Shown here: positions 18,160 to 28,810 of the stretch, piece by piece | How positions within the stretch are numbered: the stretch's first letter is position 1 | Layout: the number at the start of each line of letters is the position of its first letter | Origin: Escherichia phage vB_EcoP-UTI89UKE2 | DNA length: 44,293 nt | Direction: 5' to 3' (one strand) | Sequence record: MZ234049.1 | Position numbers and translations under genes: made by a program | The notes under the pieces: generated by a model | The model's database searches: none | What the model was told of the DNA's origin: nothing | Seen by the model: the letters and a program-made list of their open reading frames with translations, nothing else

Positions 18160-19710
18160 ATGAAACAGAGCACAGATTTGGAGTATGGAGGTAAGCGGTC
18201 TAAGATACCTAAGCTATGGGAGAAGTTCTCCACTAAACGTAGCTCTTTCCTTGATAGGGCGAAGCATTACTCCAAATTAACCTTGCCCTATCTGATGAAT
18301 GACAAAGGTGATAACGAGACTTCGCAGAATGGATGGCAAGGTGTAGGTGCTCAGGCAACTAATCATCTAGCCAACAAGCTAGCGCAAGTACTATTCCCTG
18401 CACAGCGTTCCTTCTTCCGTGTAGACTTAACTGCACAAGGTGAGAAGGTTCTTAATCAGCGTGGCCTGAAGAAGACAGAGCTAGCTACCATCTTCGCTCA
18501 AGTGGAAACACGGGCAATGAAAGAGTTAGAGCAACGTCAATTCCGGCCTGCTGTAGTGGAAGCATTCAAGCATCTTATTGTTGCTGGTAGCTGTATGCTA
18601 TACAAGCCGAGCAAAGGTGCAATCAGTGCTATCCCAATGCATCACTATGTAGTTAACCGTGATACCAATGGCGACCTGTTAGACATTATCTTACTGCAAG
18701 AGAAAGCCTTACGCACCTTTGACCCAGCTACACGTGCTGTAGTAGAGGTTGGCCTGAAAGGTAAGAAGTGCAAGGAAGATGACAGCGTTAAGCTGTACAC
18801 ACATGCTAAGTATCTTGGTGATGGATTTTGGGAACTCAAGCAATCTGCTGATGATATCCCTGTGGGTAAGGTGAGTAAAATCAAATCAGAAAAGCTACCT
18901 TTCATCCCATTAACTTGGAAGCGAAGCTATGGTGAGGATTGGGGTCGCCCTCTTGCAGAGGATTACTCCGGTGATTTATTCGTTATCCAATTCTTATCTG
19001 AAGCGGTTGCCCGTGGTGCTGCGCTGATGGCAGATATCAAGTACCTGATTCGTCCGGGTGCTCAAACTGATGTTGACCACTTTGTTAACTCTGGCACTGG
19101 TGAGGTTGTCACTGGTGTAGAAGAAGACATCCATATTGTACAGTTAGGTAAGTACGCAGACCTCACACCTATTAGTGCGGTTCTAGAGGTATACACTCGC
19201 CGTATCGGTGTTGTCTTCATGATGGAGACAATGACACGCCGTGACGCCGAACGTGTTACTGCTGTAGAAATCCAGCGAGATGCGTTAGAGATTGAGCAGA
19301 ACATGGGTGGTGTATACTCTCTCTTTGCTACTACTATGCAATCGCCAGTAGCGATGTGGGGTCTGCTGGAGGCAGGGGAGTCCTTCACTAGTGACTTAGT
19401 GGACCCTGTGATTATCACAGGTATTGAAGCTTTAGGACGCATGGCTGAGTTGGATAAACTGGCTAACTTTGCTCAGTATATGTCACTGCCATTACAATGG
19501 CCTGAGCCTGTCCTAGCTGCTGTGAAATGGCCTGACTATATGGATTGGGTGCGTGGTCAAATCTCTGCTGAACTGCCGTTCCTTAAATCGGCTGAAGAGA
19601 TGGCACAAGAACAGGAAGCACAGATGCAAGCACAGCAAGCACAGATGCTTGAAGAAGGTGTGGCTAAGGCCGTGCCGGGTGTAATTCAACAAGAACTTAA
19701 GGAGGCGTAA
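18160..19710 (+). CDS. portal (head-tail connector) protein, T7 gp8-like
   Basis: 516 aa; NGWQGVGAQATNHLANKLAQVLFP resembles the T7 gp8 N-terminal region; gene order. Confidence 0.88.
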   Translation: MKQSTDLEYGGKRSKIPKLWEKFSTKRSSFLDRAKHYSKLTLPYLMNDKGDNETSQNGWQGVGAQATNHLANKLAQVLFPAQRSFFRVDLTAQGEKVLNQRGLKKTELATIFAQVETRAMKELEQRQFRPAVVEAFKHLIVAGSCMLYKPSKGAISAIPMHHYVVNRDTNGDLLDIILLQEKALRTFDPATRAVVEVGLKGKKCKEDDSVKLYTHAKYLGDGFWELKQSADDIPVGKVSKIKSEKLPFIPLTWKRSYGEDWGRPLAEDYSGDLFVIQFLSEAVARGAALMADIKYLIRPGAQTDVDHFVNSGTGEVVTGVEEDIHIVQLGKYADLTPISAVLEVYTRRIGVVFMMETMTRRDAERVTAVEIQRDALEIEQNMGGVYSLFATTMQSPVAMWGLLEAGESFTSDLVDPVIITGIEALGRMAELDKLANFAQYMSLPLQWPEPVLAAVKWPDYMDWVRGQISAELPFLKSAEEMAQEQEAQMQAQQAQMLEEGVAKAVPGVIQQELKEA

Positions 19711-20630
19711 TGTCTTTCTCATTTACTGAACCGTCAACCACTCACCCTACTGCTGAAGAGGGTCCGGTAGAAACCAAGGAGGTAACAACTGATGATGCTA
19801 CTACTGATGCTCCTGCTGACGCTGGCACTGCTGTACAAGATGACAATGCTGGTGCACAACCTACTGAAGACACCGGAGGAGAAGCTTCTGGACAGCCTTC
19901 AGAAAAAGGAGACAATGGCGGAGAGAATGGTGAACCTAAGCCAGATGATACCGCGACCGACACTGAGGAAGTGCAATACTTCTTCGGAGAACATGAAGTA
20001 ACAGTAGACATCCCACAGGATGTAACTGACAGCCTTAAAGAGAAAGGCATTGATGCCAAGCAGGTTGCCAAGGAACTCTATGCCAAAGATGGCAAGTTTG
20101 AGCTGTCTGATGCAACCAAGCAGAAATTGTATGATGCTTTTGGCAAGTTTGCGGTAGATGCTTACCTGTCAGGTCTTAAGGCTCAAAATGAAGCCTTCTT
20201 CCTGAAAGAAGCCAACGCAGCTAAAGAGTTGGAAGCAGCTAATACCCAGCGCTTCTCTGACATCTCTAAGGAAGTTGGTGGTGAAGAAGGGTGGTCACGT
20301 CTTGAGGCGTGGGCGCTTGAAACGCTATCCGATGACGAACTCACGGCATTCAATGCGGTGATGGAGTCTGGCAACCAGTACCTCCAGCAGTACGCTGTGC
20401 GTGAACTGGAGAGCCGCCGTAAGGCTGCACAGGGTGATGACAAACCAAACCTGATTGAACCCTCTGCACCTGCTGCTGCATCTGAAGATAATGGCCCACT
20501 CTCTCGTGAGCAGTACCTGCGTGAGATGATGACTCTTAGCTCTCGCTTCGGTACAGACAAGAAAGCTGCTGCTGAGTATCAGGCTAAACTGGATGCTCGC
20601 CGTCGTGCTGGTATGGCTCGCGGTCTGTAA
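19710..20630 (+). CDS. capsid assembly scaffolding protein
   Basis: Acidic, low-complexity 306-aa protein between portal and major capsid genes. Confidence 0.8.
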   Translation: MSFSFTEPSTTHPTAEEGPVETKEVTTDDATTDAPADAGTAVQDDNAGAQPTEDTGGEASGQPSEKGDNGGENGEPKPDDTATDTEEVQYFFGEHEVTVDIPQDVTDSLKEKGIDAKQVAKELYAKDGKFELSDATKQKLYDAFGKFAVDAYLSGLKAQNEAFFLKEANAAKELEAANTQRFSDISKEVGGEEGWSRLEAWALETLSDDELTAFNAVMESGNQYLQQYAVRELESRRKAAQGDDKPNLIEPSAPAAASEDNGPLSREQYLREMMTLSSRFGTDKKAAAEYQAKLDARRRAGMARGL

Positions 20631-20635
20631 TCAGT

Positions 20636-20658
20636 ATTTACTGGACACTATAGAAGGG
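20636..20658 (+). promoter_or_regulatory. phage RNAP promoter (ATTTACTGGACACTATAGAAGGG) for the major capsid gene
   Basis: Exact consensus 48 nt upstream of the capsid ATG. Confidence 0.85.
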
Positions 20659-20706
20659 AGAAATGTCTCCCTAAATTATCAATTTGATTTATAAGGAGGT
20701 TTATTA

Positions 20707-21909
20707 ATGAGCACCCCGAATAACCTGACCAACGTTGCAGTCTCCGCTTCCGGCGAGGTAGACAGCCTTCTCATTGAGAAATTCAATGGCAAGGTAAATG
20801 AGCAGTACCTGAAAGGTGAGAACATCATGTCCTACTTTGATGTTCAGACTGTTACTGGTACTAACACTGTAAGCAACAAATATTTGGGTGAAACCGAGTT
20901 GCAGGTTCTGGCACCGGGACAGTCTCCGGCTGCAACTTCTACTCAGGCCGATAAAAACCAACTGGTAATCGATGCCACTGTTATTGCTCGTAACACGGTT
21001 GCTCACCTGCATGATGTACAGGGTGACATTGATAGCCTGAAGCCGAAGCTGGCTACTAACCAAGCGAAGCAGCTGAAGAAGATGGAAGATGAAATGCTGA
21101 TTCAGCAGATGCTGCTGGGCGGTATTGCCAACACTCAGGCTAAGCGTACTAATCCGCGTGTTAAAGGCCATGGCTTCTCTGTCAACGTAGAAGTTGCAGA
21201 AAGTGAAGCACTGGTCAACCCGCAGTATGTAATGGCGGCTGTAGAGTTTGCTCTTGAGCAGCAGCTTGAGCAGGAAGTAGACATCTCTGATGTAGCTATC
21301 CTGATGCCGTGGCGCTACTTCAACGTACTGCGTGATGCAGACCGTATCGTTGACAAGAGCTACACCGTTAGCCAGTCTGGTGCAACCATTCAGGGTTTTG
21401 TTCTGTCTTCTTACAACTGCCCTGTTATCCCGTCTAACCGCTTCCCTAAATTCTCTGCTGGTCAGAAACATCACCTGCTGTCAAATGAAGACAACGGTTA
21501 TCGTTATGACCCGACTGCAGAAATGAATGGCGCTATCGCTGTACTGTTCACAGCTGACGCTCTTCTTGTTGGTCGTTCAATCGATGTAACCGGTGATATC
21601 TTCTATGAGAAGAAAGAGAAGACCTATTACATTGACACCTTTATGTCTGAAGGTGCAATCCCTGACCGTTGGGAGGCAGTGTCTGTAGTTACCACCAAGC
21701 GAGAGACAAATGGCACGCCTACCACTACTGCAACTCAGGCCGCACAGCATACTCAGGTTCTGAACCGTGCACAGCGTAAGGCTGTCTACGTCAAGAACGC
21801 TGCTCCGGCTGCCGCTGCTGCAAACCTGTCAGCTGAAGACTTGGTTGCTGCTGTTCGTGCTGTCATGGCTAATGACATTAAGCCGACTGCAATGAAGCCT
21901 GCTGAGTAA
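20707..21909 (+). CDS. major capsid protein
   Basis: 400-aa ORF with strong RBS AGGAGG, own promoter and downstream terminator; codon usage typical of a highly expressed gene. Confidence 0.9.
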   Translation: MSTPNNLTNVAVSASGEVDSLLIEKFNGKVNEQYLKGENIMSYFDVQTVTGTNTVSNKYLGETELQVLAPGQSPAATSTQADKNQLVIDATVIARNTVAHLHDVQGDIDSLKPKLATNQAKQLKKMEDEMLIQQMLLGGIANTQAKRTNPRVKGHGFSVNVEVAESEALVNPQYVMAAVEFALEQQLEQEVDISDVAILMPWRYFNVLRDADRIVDKSYTVSQSGATIQGFVLSSYNCPVIPSNRFPKFSAGQKHHLLSNEDNGYRYDPTAEMNGAIAVLFTADALLVGRSIDVTGDIFYEKKEKTYYIDTFMSEGAIPDRWEAVSVVTTKRETNGTPTTTATQAAQHTQVLNRAQRKAVYVKNAAPAAAAANLSAEDLVAAVRAVMANDIKPTAMKPAE

Positions 21910-21916
21910 TACCTAT

Positions 21917-21952
21917 GCCCTATCTACCTTGCGTAGGTAGGGTTCTTTTTTG
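21917..21952 (+). terminator. T-phi-like intrinsic terminator (CCCTATCTACC-loop-GGTAGGG followed by TTCTTTTTTG)
   Basis: Perfect GC-containing stem plus U-run directly after the capsid gene. Confidence 0.8.
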
Positions 21953-21964
21953 TTAGGAGGATTC

Positions 21965-22702
21965 ATGCCTGTTATTAAACAACAAAGTTACACTGGCTAT
22001 ACTGTCTCAGATGTAGCCTTTCAAGTGATTGATAGTAAGCTGGAGGCTGTTAACCTTTGTATGCGAGCCATTGGTCGTGAGGGTGTGGATTCTCTCGACT
22101 CAGGCGACCTTGATGCTGAAGATGCTAGCAAAATGATTGATATCGTCTCCCAACGTTTCCAATACAACAAAGGAGGTGGTTGGTGGTTTAACCGTGAGCC
22201 TAACTGGCAGCTTGCACCAGATACTAATGGTGAGGTTAATCTACCTAATAACTGCCTAGCTGTATTGCAGTGCTACGCATTGGGTGAGAAGAAAGTTCCT
22301 ATGACTATGCGTGCAGGTAAGCTTTACTCCACATGGAGTCACACCTTTGATATGCGCAAGCATGTTAATGCTAATGGCATGATTCGTCTTACCTTACTTA
22401 CCTTACTACCCTACGAGCATCTACCTACAAGTGTAATGCAGGCTATTGCCTATCAAGCTGCTGTAGAGTTTATTGTGTCTAAGGATGCAGATCAGACTAA
22501 GCTAGCCACTGCGCAGCAGATAGCCACTCAGCTTCTTATGGATGTACAATCTGAGCAAATGTCACAGAAGCGATTAAACATGCTGGTACATAACCCCACT
22601 CAGCGACAGTTTGGCATCATGGCTGGTGGCTCTCAGAATGTACCTGCTTACTCTCATTCACCTTATGGTAGTTGGGCGCTCCGTCCGTGGGAGGATCGTT
22701 AA
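21965..22702 (+). CDS. tail tubular protein A (gp11-like)
   Basis: RBS AGGAGG at 21955-21960, ATG at 21965; position between capsid and gp12-like gene. Confidence 0.75.
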   Translation: MPVIKQQSYTGYTVSDVAFQVIDSKLEAVNLCMRAIGREGVDSLDSGDLDAEDASKMIDIVSQRFQYNKGGGWWFNREPNWQLAPDTNGEVNLPNNCLAVLQCYALGEKKVPMTMRAGKLYSTWSHTFDMRKHVNANGMIRLTLLTLLPYEHLPTSVMQAIAYQAAVEFIVSKDADQTKLATAQQIATQLLMDVQSEQMSQKRLNMLVHNPTQRQFGIMAGGSQNVPAYSHSPYGSWALRPWEDR

Positions 22703-25104
22703 TGGAAGTACAAGGTTCATTAGGTAGACAAATCCAAGGCATTAGCCAGCAGCCGCCAGCGGTACGCTTGGATGGTCAGTGCACAGCCATGATTAATATG
22801 ATACCTGATGTAGTGAATGGTACTCAATCACGCATGGGTACAACTCATATTGCAAAGATACTTGATGCGGGGACTGATGACATGGCTACTCATCATTATC
22901 GCAGAGGTGATGGTGATGAAGAGTATTTCTTCACGTTGAAGAAAGGACAAGTTCCTGAGATATTTGATAAGTATGGGCGCAAATGTAATGTGACTTCACA
23001 AGATGCACCTATGGCTTACTTGGCTGAGGTGATAAACCCAAGAGAAGATGTACAATTCATGACGATAGCTGATGTTACTTTCATGCTTAATCGTAGGAAA
23101 GTAGTTAAAGCTAGTAACAGGAAGTCACCTAAAGTTGGAAACAAAGCCATTGTGTTTTGTGCGTATGGTCAATATGGTACATCTTATTCCATTGTAATTA
23201 ATGGGACCAACGCTGCTAGTTTTAAAACACCGGATGGTGGAAGTGCAGACCATGTTGAACAAATTCGAACTGAACGTATCACTTCTGAATTATACTCTAA
23301 GTTGCAGCAATGGAGCGGTGTGAGTGACTATGAAATACAAAGAGACGGTACTAGTATATTTATCGAGAGACGGGATGGTGCTAGCTTTACAATAACAACC
23401 ACCGATGGTGCAAAAGGTAAGGACTTAGTGGCTATCAAGAATAAAGTTAGCTCTACTGACCTACTCCCGTCTCGTGCGCCTGCGGGTTATAAAGTGCAAG
23501 TGTGGCCTACTGGCAGCAAACCTGAGTCTCGTTACTGGCTGCAAGCTGAGCCTAAAGAGGGAAACCTTGTATCTTGGAAAGAAACAATAGCTGCCGATGT
23601 ATTACTTGGGTTTGATAAAGGCACAATGCCTTATATCATTGAACGTACAGGTATCGTAGACGGCATAGCTCAATTCAAGATAAGACAAGGCGATTGGGAA
23701 GATCGTAAAGTAGGGGATGACTTGACTAACCCTATGCCCTCTTTTATTGATGAGGAAGTACCCCAGACAATAGGTGGAATGTTCATGGTGCAGAACCGCC
23801 TATGCTTTACAGCAGGTGAAGCGGTTATTGCTTCTCGTACATCATACTTCTTCGATTTCTTTCGTTATACGGTTATCTCTGCATTGGCAACTGACCCATT
23901 TGATATTTTCTCAGATGCTAGTGAAGTCTACCAGCTAAAACATGCAGTGACCTTAGATGGCGCTACCGTGTTGTTCTCTGATAAGTCACAATTCATACTG
24001 CCAGGCGATAAGCCTTTAGAGAAGTCAAATGCATTGCTTAAGCCTGTTACAACATTTGAAGTGAACAATAAAGTGAAGCCAGTAGTAACTGGTGAATCGG
24101 TAATGTTTGCCACTAATGATGGTTCTTACTCTGGTGTACGAGAGTTCTATACAGACTCTTATAGTGACACTAAGAAGGCACAAGCAATCACAAGTCATGT
24201 GAATAAACTCATCGAAGGTAACATTACCAACATGGCAGCAAGCACCAATGTCAACAGGTTACTTGTCACTACCGATAAGTATCGTAACATAATCTACTGC
24301 TACGATTGGTTATGGCAAGGAACAGACCGTGTACAATCAGCATGGCATGTGTGGAAGTGGCCTATAGGTACAAAGGTGCGAGGTATGTTTTATTCTGGCG
24401 AATTACTTTACCTGCTCCTTGAGAGAGGCAATGGTGTCTATCTGGAGAAGACGGATATGGGTGATGCATTAACCTATGGTTTAAATGATCGCATCCGAAT
24501 GGATAGACAGGCAGAGTTAATCTTCCAGCATTTCGAAGCAGAAGATGAATGGGTATCTGAACCGCTACCTTGGGTTCCTACTAACCCAGAACTTTTAGAT
24601 TGCATCTTAATCGAGGGTTGGGATTCATATATTGGTGGTTCTTTCCTATTCAAATACAACCCCGGTGATAACACCTTGTCTACAACCTTTGATATGCATG
24701 ATGATAGCCACGTAAAAGCGAAGGTTATTGTTGGTCAGATTTACCCTCAAGAGTTTGAACCAACACCTGTAGTTATCAGAGATAGGCAAGACCGTGTATC
24801 CTATATTGATGTACCTGTTGTGGGATTAGTTCACCTTAATCTTGATATGTATCCTGATTTCTCCGTGGAGGTTAAGAATGTGAAGAGTGGTAAAGTACGC
24901 AGGGTGCTAGCGTCAAACCGTATAGGTGGTGCTCTCAACAATACAGTAGGTTATGTTGAACCAAGAGAAGGTGTCTTCAGATTCCCACTGAGAGCTAAGA
25001 GTACGGATGCTGTTTATCGTATTATTGTAGAATCACCTCACACATTCCAGCTTCGTGATATTGAGTGGGAAGGGAGCTACAATCCAACCAAAAGGAGGGT
25101 CTAA
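22702..25104 (+). CDS. tail tubular protein B (gp12-like)
   Basis: N-terminal IQGISQQPP matches the T7 gp12 GISQQPD motif; ATG overlaps the upstream stop (TAATG). Confidence 0.88.
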   Translation: MEVQGSLGRQIQGISQQPPAVRLDGQCTAMINMIPDVVNGTQSRMGTTHIAKILDAGTDDMATHHYRRGDGDEEYFFTLKKGQVPEIFDKYGRKCNVTSQDAPMAYLAEVINPREDVQFMTIADVTFMLNRRKVVKASNRKSPKVGNKAIVFCAYGQYGTSYSIVINGTNAASFKTPDGGSADHVEQIRTERITSELYSKLQQWSGVSDYEIQRDGTSIFIERRDGASFTITTTDGAKGKDLVAIKNKVSSTDLLPSRAPAGYKVQVWPTGSKPESRYWLQAEPKEGNLVSWKETIAADVLLGFDKGTMPYIIERTGIVDGIAQFKIRQGDWEDRKVGDDLTNPMPSFIDEEVPQTIGGMFMVQNRLCFTAGEAVIASRTSYFFDFFRYTVISALATDPFDIFSDASEVYQLKHAVTLDGATVLFSDKSQFILPGDKPLEKSNALLKPVTTFEVNNKVKPVVTGESVMFATNDGSYSGVREFYTDSYSDTKKAQAITSHVNKLIEGNITNMAASTNVNRLLVTTDKYRNIIYCYDWLWQGTDRVQSAWHVWKWPIGTKVRGMFYSGELLYLLLERGNGVYLEKTDMGDALTYGLNDRIRMDRQAELIFQHFEAEDEWVSEPLPWVPTNPELLDCILIEGWDSYIGGSFLFKYNPGDNTLSTTFDMHDDSHVKAKVIVGQIYPQEFEPTPVVIRDRQDRVSYIDVPVVGLVHLNLDMYPDFSVEVKNVKSGKVRRVLASNRIGGALNNTVGYVEPREGVFRFPLRAKSTDAVYRIIVESPHTFQLRDIEWEGSYNPTKRRV

Positions 25105-25850
25105 TGGCTATAGGTTCAGCCGTTATGGCTGGTATGTCTTCTATTGGTAGTATGTTTGCAGGTAGCGGTGCAGCGGCCGCTGCTGGGGGTACTGCCGCAG
25201 CAGCAGGAGGGACAGCCGCCGCAGGTGGCGGAGGTTTGCTTGGCTCCCTTGGTAGTTTCTTAGGAGGTTCTTCTGCTGGCTTCTCTAATGCAGGACTGCT
25301 TAGTGCAGGTATGCAAGGTCTTGGGCTTCTAGGCAATCTTTTTGGTGGAAGTGATGAAGCCAAAGCTATGAAGAAAGCTCAGGAGGAGCAATGGCGGCAG
25401 CAGTTAATTGCTACACAAGAAGCATATAAGACAGTAGCAGATGCAGAACGCTCTGCTGCTAAACAGTATCATGCGGATGCAATAAGCAATCAGGCTTCAC
25501 TGCTACAGCAAAGAGCGCAGGTTGCACTACTTGCAGGTGCAACTGGCACTGGTGGTAACTCTGTATCTTCTATGCTGAATGACTTAGCAGCAGAGGGCGG
25601 GAGGAACCAGAGTACAATTATTGATAACTATGAGAATCAGAAGATTAACTTCACCAATCAGCTTAAGTCTATCCAGCGAGGTGGACAGATGCAGATGCGT
25701 GAGTTTAAGAAGCCTTCTGCCGTGAGCACCTTGGTGCAAGGTATACCGAGTCTGGCATCTGCCTATGTAACAGGTAGTAAGTCCGGCATGGCTTTAGGTA
25801 AAGCTTTAACTGATTCTCGTACATATTCATCTGGAACAAGAGGTATTTAA
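25104..25850 (+). CDS. internal virion protein (Gly/Ala-rich N-terminus)
   Basis: ATG overlaps the gp12 stop; low-complexity GGTAAAAGG repeats. Confidence 0.65.
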   Translation: MAIGSAVMAGMSSIGSMFAGSGAAAAAGGTAAAAGGTAAAGGGGLLGSLGSFLGGSSAGFSNAGLLSAGMQGLGLLGNLFGGSDEAKAMKKAQEEQWRQQLIATQEAYKTVADAERSAAKQYHADAISNQASLLQQRAQVALLAGATGTGGNSVSSMLNDLAAEGGRNQSTIIDNYENQKINFTNQLKSIQRGGQMQMREFKKPSAVSTLVQGIPSLASAYVTGSKSGMALGKALTDSRTYSSGTRGI

Positions 25851-28798
25851 TGGCAATTGAGCGACAAGCAGTACAAGGTCTGCCACAAGTGCAGGCCACT
25901 TCTCCTAATGTCATGACCTTTGCACCTCAACAAGTGGGAGGTGTGGAGGCTGGCGTGGCTTCTACCTCCGGTAGTAGATTTATCGAAGACCTTATTCGTG
26001 CAGCAAGCAGCGTGGCTGATGTTACCACTGGTATCCTTAATCAGAAGATTGAGGAAGATAAGGTTATTCAAATGGAGCGGGCATATAATGGATTAATGCC
26101 TTCTGAGGATGCAACTCGTGGTGGCGCTCGTGCTAACATGCTTGTCAAAGCTCAACTGCTAGCTAATGATGAAGCAGCACGAATGAAAGACATGGCTACT
26201 CGTTTCCAAGGAACGGATGATGAGTGGACACAACTTATGGTTGACTCTCGTAATGAGATGCAGAATAAGCTGTTCCAGCAATACCCTGAGTTGCAAGGTG
26301 ACAAAGATACTATGCGTATGGTCACTAATGTCTTCCAAGAACAGCAGCCTCAGATTTGGGCTACACGAACCCAGCATAAACTTGACCGTGAACAAGCAGA
26401 CCGTGAGGATACCTTTGACGGGCGAGTGGCTTCTACTTGGGATTCTAATATTGACCCTGAAGCCTCTGGCTATGCTTTACAGGAACGAATCCGCGAAGGT
26501 CTTACTCAAGGATTACTACCGGAACAGATGCACAAGAAGTTAGTCCAGCGAGCAATTTCACTTGCACAAGGCGGTGATGTTAGCATGGCTGAAGCCCTGA
26601 AGTATGTGAAGGACGATAAGGGTGTTTCTGTTTATGCTAAGAATCCACAGCTTATCACAGCCATCACTAGTGGTAATGCAGTTTGGGCTAGGAATAATGT
26701 AGCTGATGTAACTCGTATGTCTTTCGAAGTTAAAGAATCCTACCTTGCAGGTGATTTAACTGATGAAGAACTGTTGGAACGAGCACAGCACATTAATAAT
26801 CTGACAGGTAACTCTGTCTTCTCTAATCCAGAGCTAGAGGCACTGATGCGCCAACGGGCTAAGCAGAATGCAGAGCTAGGTGCAATGCAGGATATGCGAC
26901 GTGAGCTTTACTCCGACCGCCTGACTGGCTTCCAAGGTAAGACTGATAAAGAGAAGAAGGCTTACATTGATGTTATCAAACAGGATAGCCAACTTTATGC
27001 AGACCAGCAAATCAAACAACGTGGCTTGGACCCTTACAGTCAAGAGGCTGAAGCTATTCGTGGTGCAGTGGAAGTGCAGCGCCTGCAATTCATGAACTCC
27101 AAAGGCTTAGTGGATGATACCTTTGAGTCTCGTATCAAAGCCATGGAATCTATGCTATCGCCTGAGCACTTTGCCAAGGGCGAACCACAGGAGTTGATGA
27201 CTATTCGCCAGTTGTGGGAACAGTTGCCAGAAGAGAGCCGAGGTGTCTTTGGTGACACGGTGAATGGCTACATGGATAACTACAACACTGCACTACAAAT
27301 GGGAGAGACACCTTTGCAGGCTGCAAGGTTTGCGCGTGAAGCACAGCAGAAATTCTCTCGTACTGAGAAGGAAACCAAGAAGTTCAACTCAGCTATTGGA
27401 GATGCACTGGATGAGGTATCTGGTGCTGGCTGGTTTGATGGTAAAACCGAAGTGTCAGACTTAGGTAAAGCTATTGCGGAAGAAGAGTTACGAGCTAAGG
27501 CCAATATGTTGTGGTCTAGTGGTATGCGTAACATGGATTCTATCAAGAAGGCTTTAATTACTTGGGGCAATAAACGCTACACTCAAACAGAGGATGCAAA
27601 GACTTCCGGTGGCTATTTCATTAAAGGTGATTACACTTCTGCATCTGATATGCTTATGTCAGTTGGGAAAGGCGTAAACCCTACCGATGTACCTCTGGCG
27701 CTTGGTAGGTATGTAGAAACACAGATGCCAGAATTGAAGAAGGAGCTTCAAGAGTGGGAAACTAAAGATGATATATACATTGATTACAATGAACAGAAAG
27801 GAACTTTTGTGATTCGTGCTGGTGCAGCAGGTCGACCTCTTTCTGGAGTAATCCCTGTAACCTCTTTAGATACCACTTCACTACTAGATTCTGCCTATCA
27901 GAAGAAAGTAGAGGAACGAGATAAAGGCGAGTATGTTCACCCGTATCGTACAGATATTGGTGCACAAGAGCCTATGCCAGCTAAACCAACTGCCAAAGAT
28001 ATTGGTAAATTTGGACTAGCTAACTTCCTCATGTCTTCTGCTTTTGCTTCTGGTGAGAATCTGCCTTCTAACTTCGAGATTAACTATCGAGGTAATATGC
28101 AACAATTCTATGACAAGCTAGCTATGGATGAGAATAAAGATAAAGTTGGCTTTAATAAGGCAACTGGAACCTTTACTCCATATAAAGACGCTCGCGGTGA
28201 GTCTATCGGTTACGGTCATTTCTTAACGGAAGAAGAGAAGCGAAACGGGTATATTAAGATTGGTGATGAACTAGTTCCCTATCGAGGGTCTATGTCTCAG
28301 CTTACAGAGAGCAAGGCTCGCGCTCTTATGGAGCAAGATGCTAAGAAGCATGTGCCTCCTACTCGTGACTGGAAGATTCCGTTTGACCAGATGCATCCTG
28401 CACAGCAACGTGGCTTGATGGATTTAACCTACAATTTAGGTAAAGGTGGAATCCAGAACTCACCGCGTGCTCTTGCTGCATTCAAAGCTGGTAAGCTTAC
28501 GGAAGGCTTTATCGAAATGCTGGGCACTGCATCAAGTGAAGGTAAGCGTATTCCTGGCCTACTGAAGCGACGCGCTGAGGCATACAATATGGCATCTGCT
28601 GGTGGTGTGCCTAAGATTACCGAAGTGGAGACTCGTGAAGATGGCTCCATGTGGGTTAGGTTTGGTGGACCTATGCCAGCAGGTTCTGTCTCGGCATGGA
28701 CTCATAAACGTATTGGCGCGGATGGTTGGTATCAGGTTTATGAGGCTGCACCTACCAAGTTAGCTAAAGGTTCTAAGGTAGGTAAAGTTAAGTTGTAG
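25850..28798 (+). CDS. internal virion (ejection) protein with C-terminal T4-lysozyme-like muramidase domain
   Basis: 982 aa; residues encoded around 28150-28600 carry MDENKDK ... YKDARGESIGYGHFLTE ... MDLTYNLG ... LLKRRAEAYNM, resembling the T4 lysozyme fold with Glu/Asp catalytic positions retained. Confidence 0.8.
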   Translation: MAIERQAVQGLPQVQATSPNVMTFAPQQVGGVEAGVASTSGSRFIEDLIRAASSVADVTTGILNQKIEEDKVIQMERAYNGLMPSEDATRGGARANMLVKAQLLANDEAARMKDMATRFQGTDDEWTQLMVDSRNEMQNKLFQQYPELQGDKDTMRMVTNVFQEQQPQIWATRTQHKLDREQADREDTFDGRVASTWDSNIDPEASGYALQERIREGLTQGLLPEQMHKKLVQRAISLAQGGDVSMAEALKYVKDDKGVSVYAKNPQLITAITSGNAVWARNNVADVTRMSFEVKESYLAGDLTDEELLERAQHINNLTGNSVFSNPELEALMRQRAKQNAELGAMQDMRRELYSDRLTGFQGKTDKEKKAYIDVIKQDSQLYADQQIKQRGLDPYSQEAEAIRGAVEVQRLQFMNSKGLVDDTFESRIKAMESMLSPEHFAKGEPQELMTIRQLWEQLPEESRGVFGDTVNGYMDNYNTALQMGETPLQAARFAREAQQKFSRTEKETKKFNSAIGDALDEVSGAGWFDGKTEVSDLGKAIAEEELRAKANMLWSSGMRNMDSIKKALITWGNKRYTQTEDAKTSGGYFIKGDYTSASDMLMSVGKGVNPTDVPLALGRYVETQMPELKKELQEWETKDDIYIDYNEQKGTFVIRAGAAGRPLSGVIPVTSLDTTSLLDSAYQKKVEERDKGEYVHPYRTDIGAQEPMPAKPTAKDIGKFGLANFLMSSAFASGENLPSNFEINYRGNMQQFYDKLAMDENKDKVGFNKATGTFTPYKDARGESIGYGHFLTEEEKRNGYIKIGDELVPYRGSMSQLTESKARALMEQDAKKHVPPTRDWKIPFDQMHPAQQRGLMDLTYNLGKGGIQNSPRALAAFKAGKLTEGFIEMLGTASSEGKRIPGLLKRRAEAYNMASAGGVPKITEVETREDGSMWVRFGGPMPAGSVSAWTHKRIGADGWYQVYEAAPTKLAKGSKVGKVKL

Positions 28799-28810
28799 TA
28801 CCTAACTCAA

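Noticed and set aside
20704-21474. 256-aa ORF on the minus strand
   Set aside because: Lies entirely antisense to the major capsid gene, which has strong RBS, promoter and terminator support; no RBS; T7-group genomes are transcribed from one strand.
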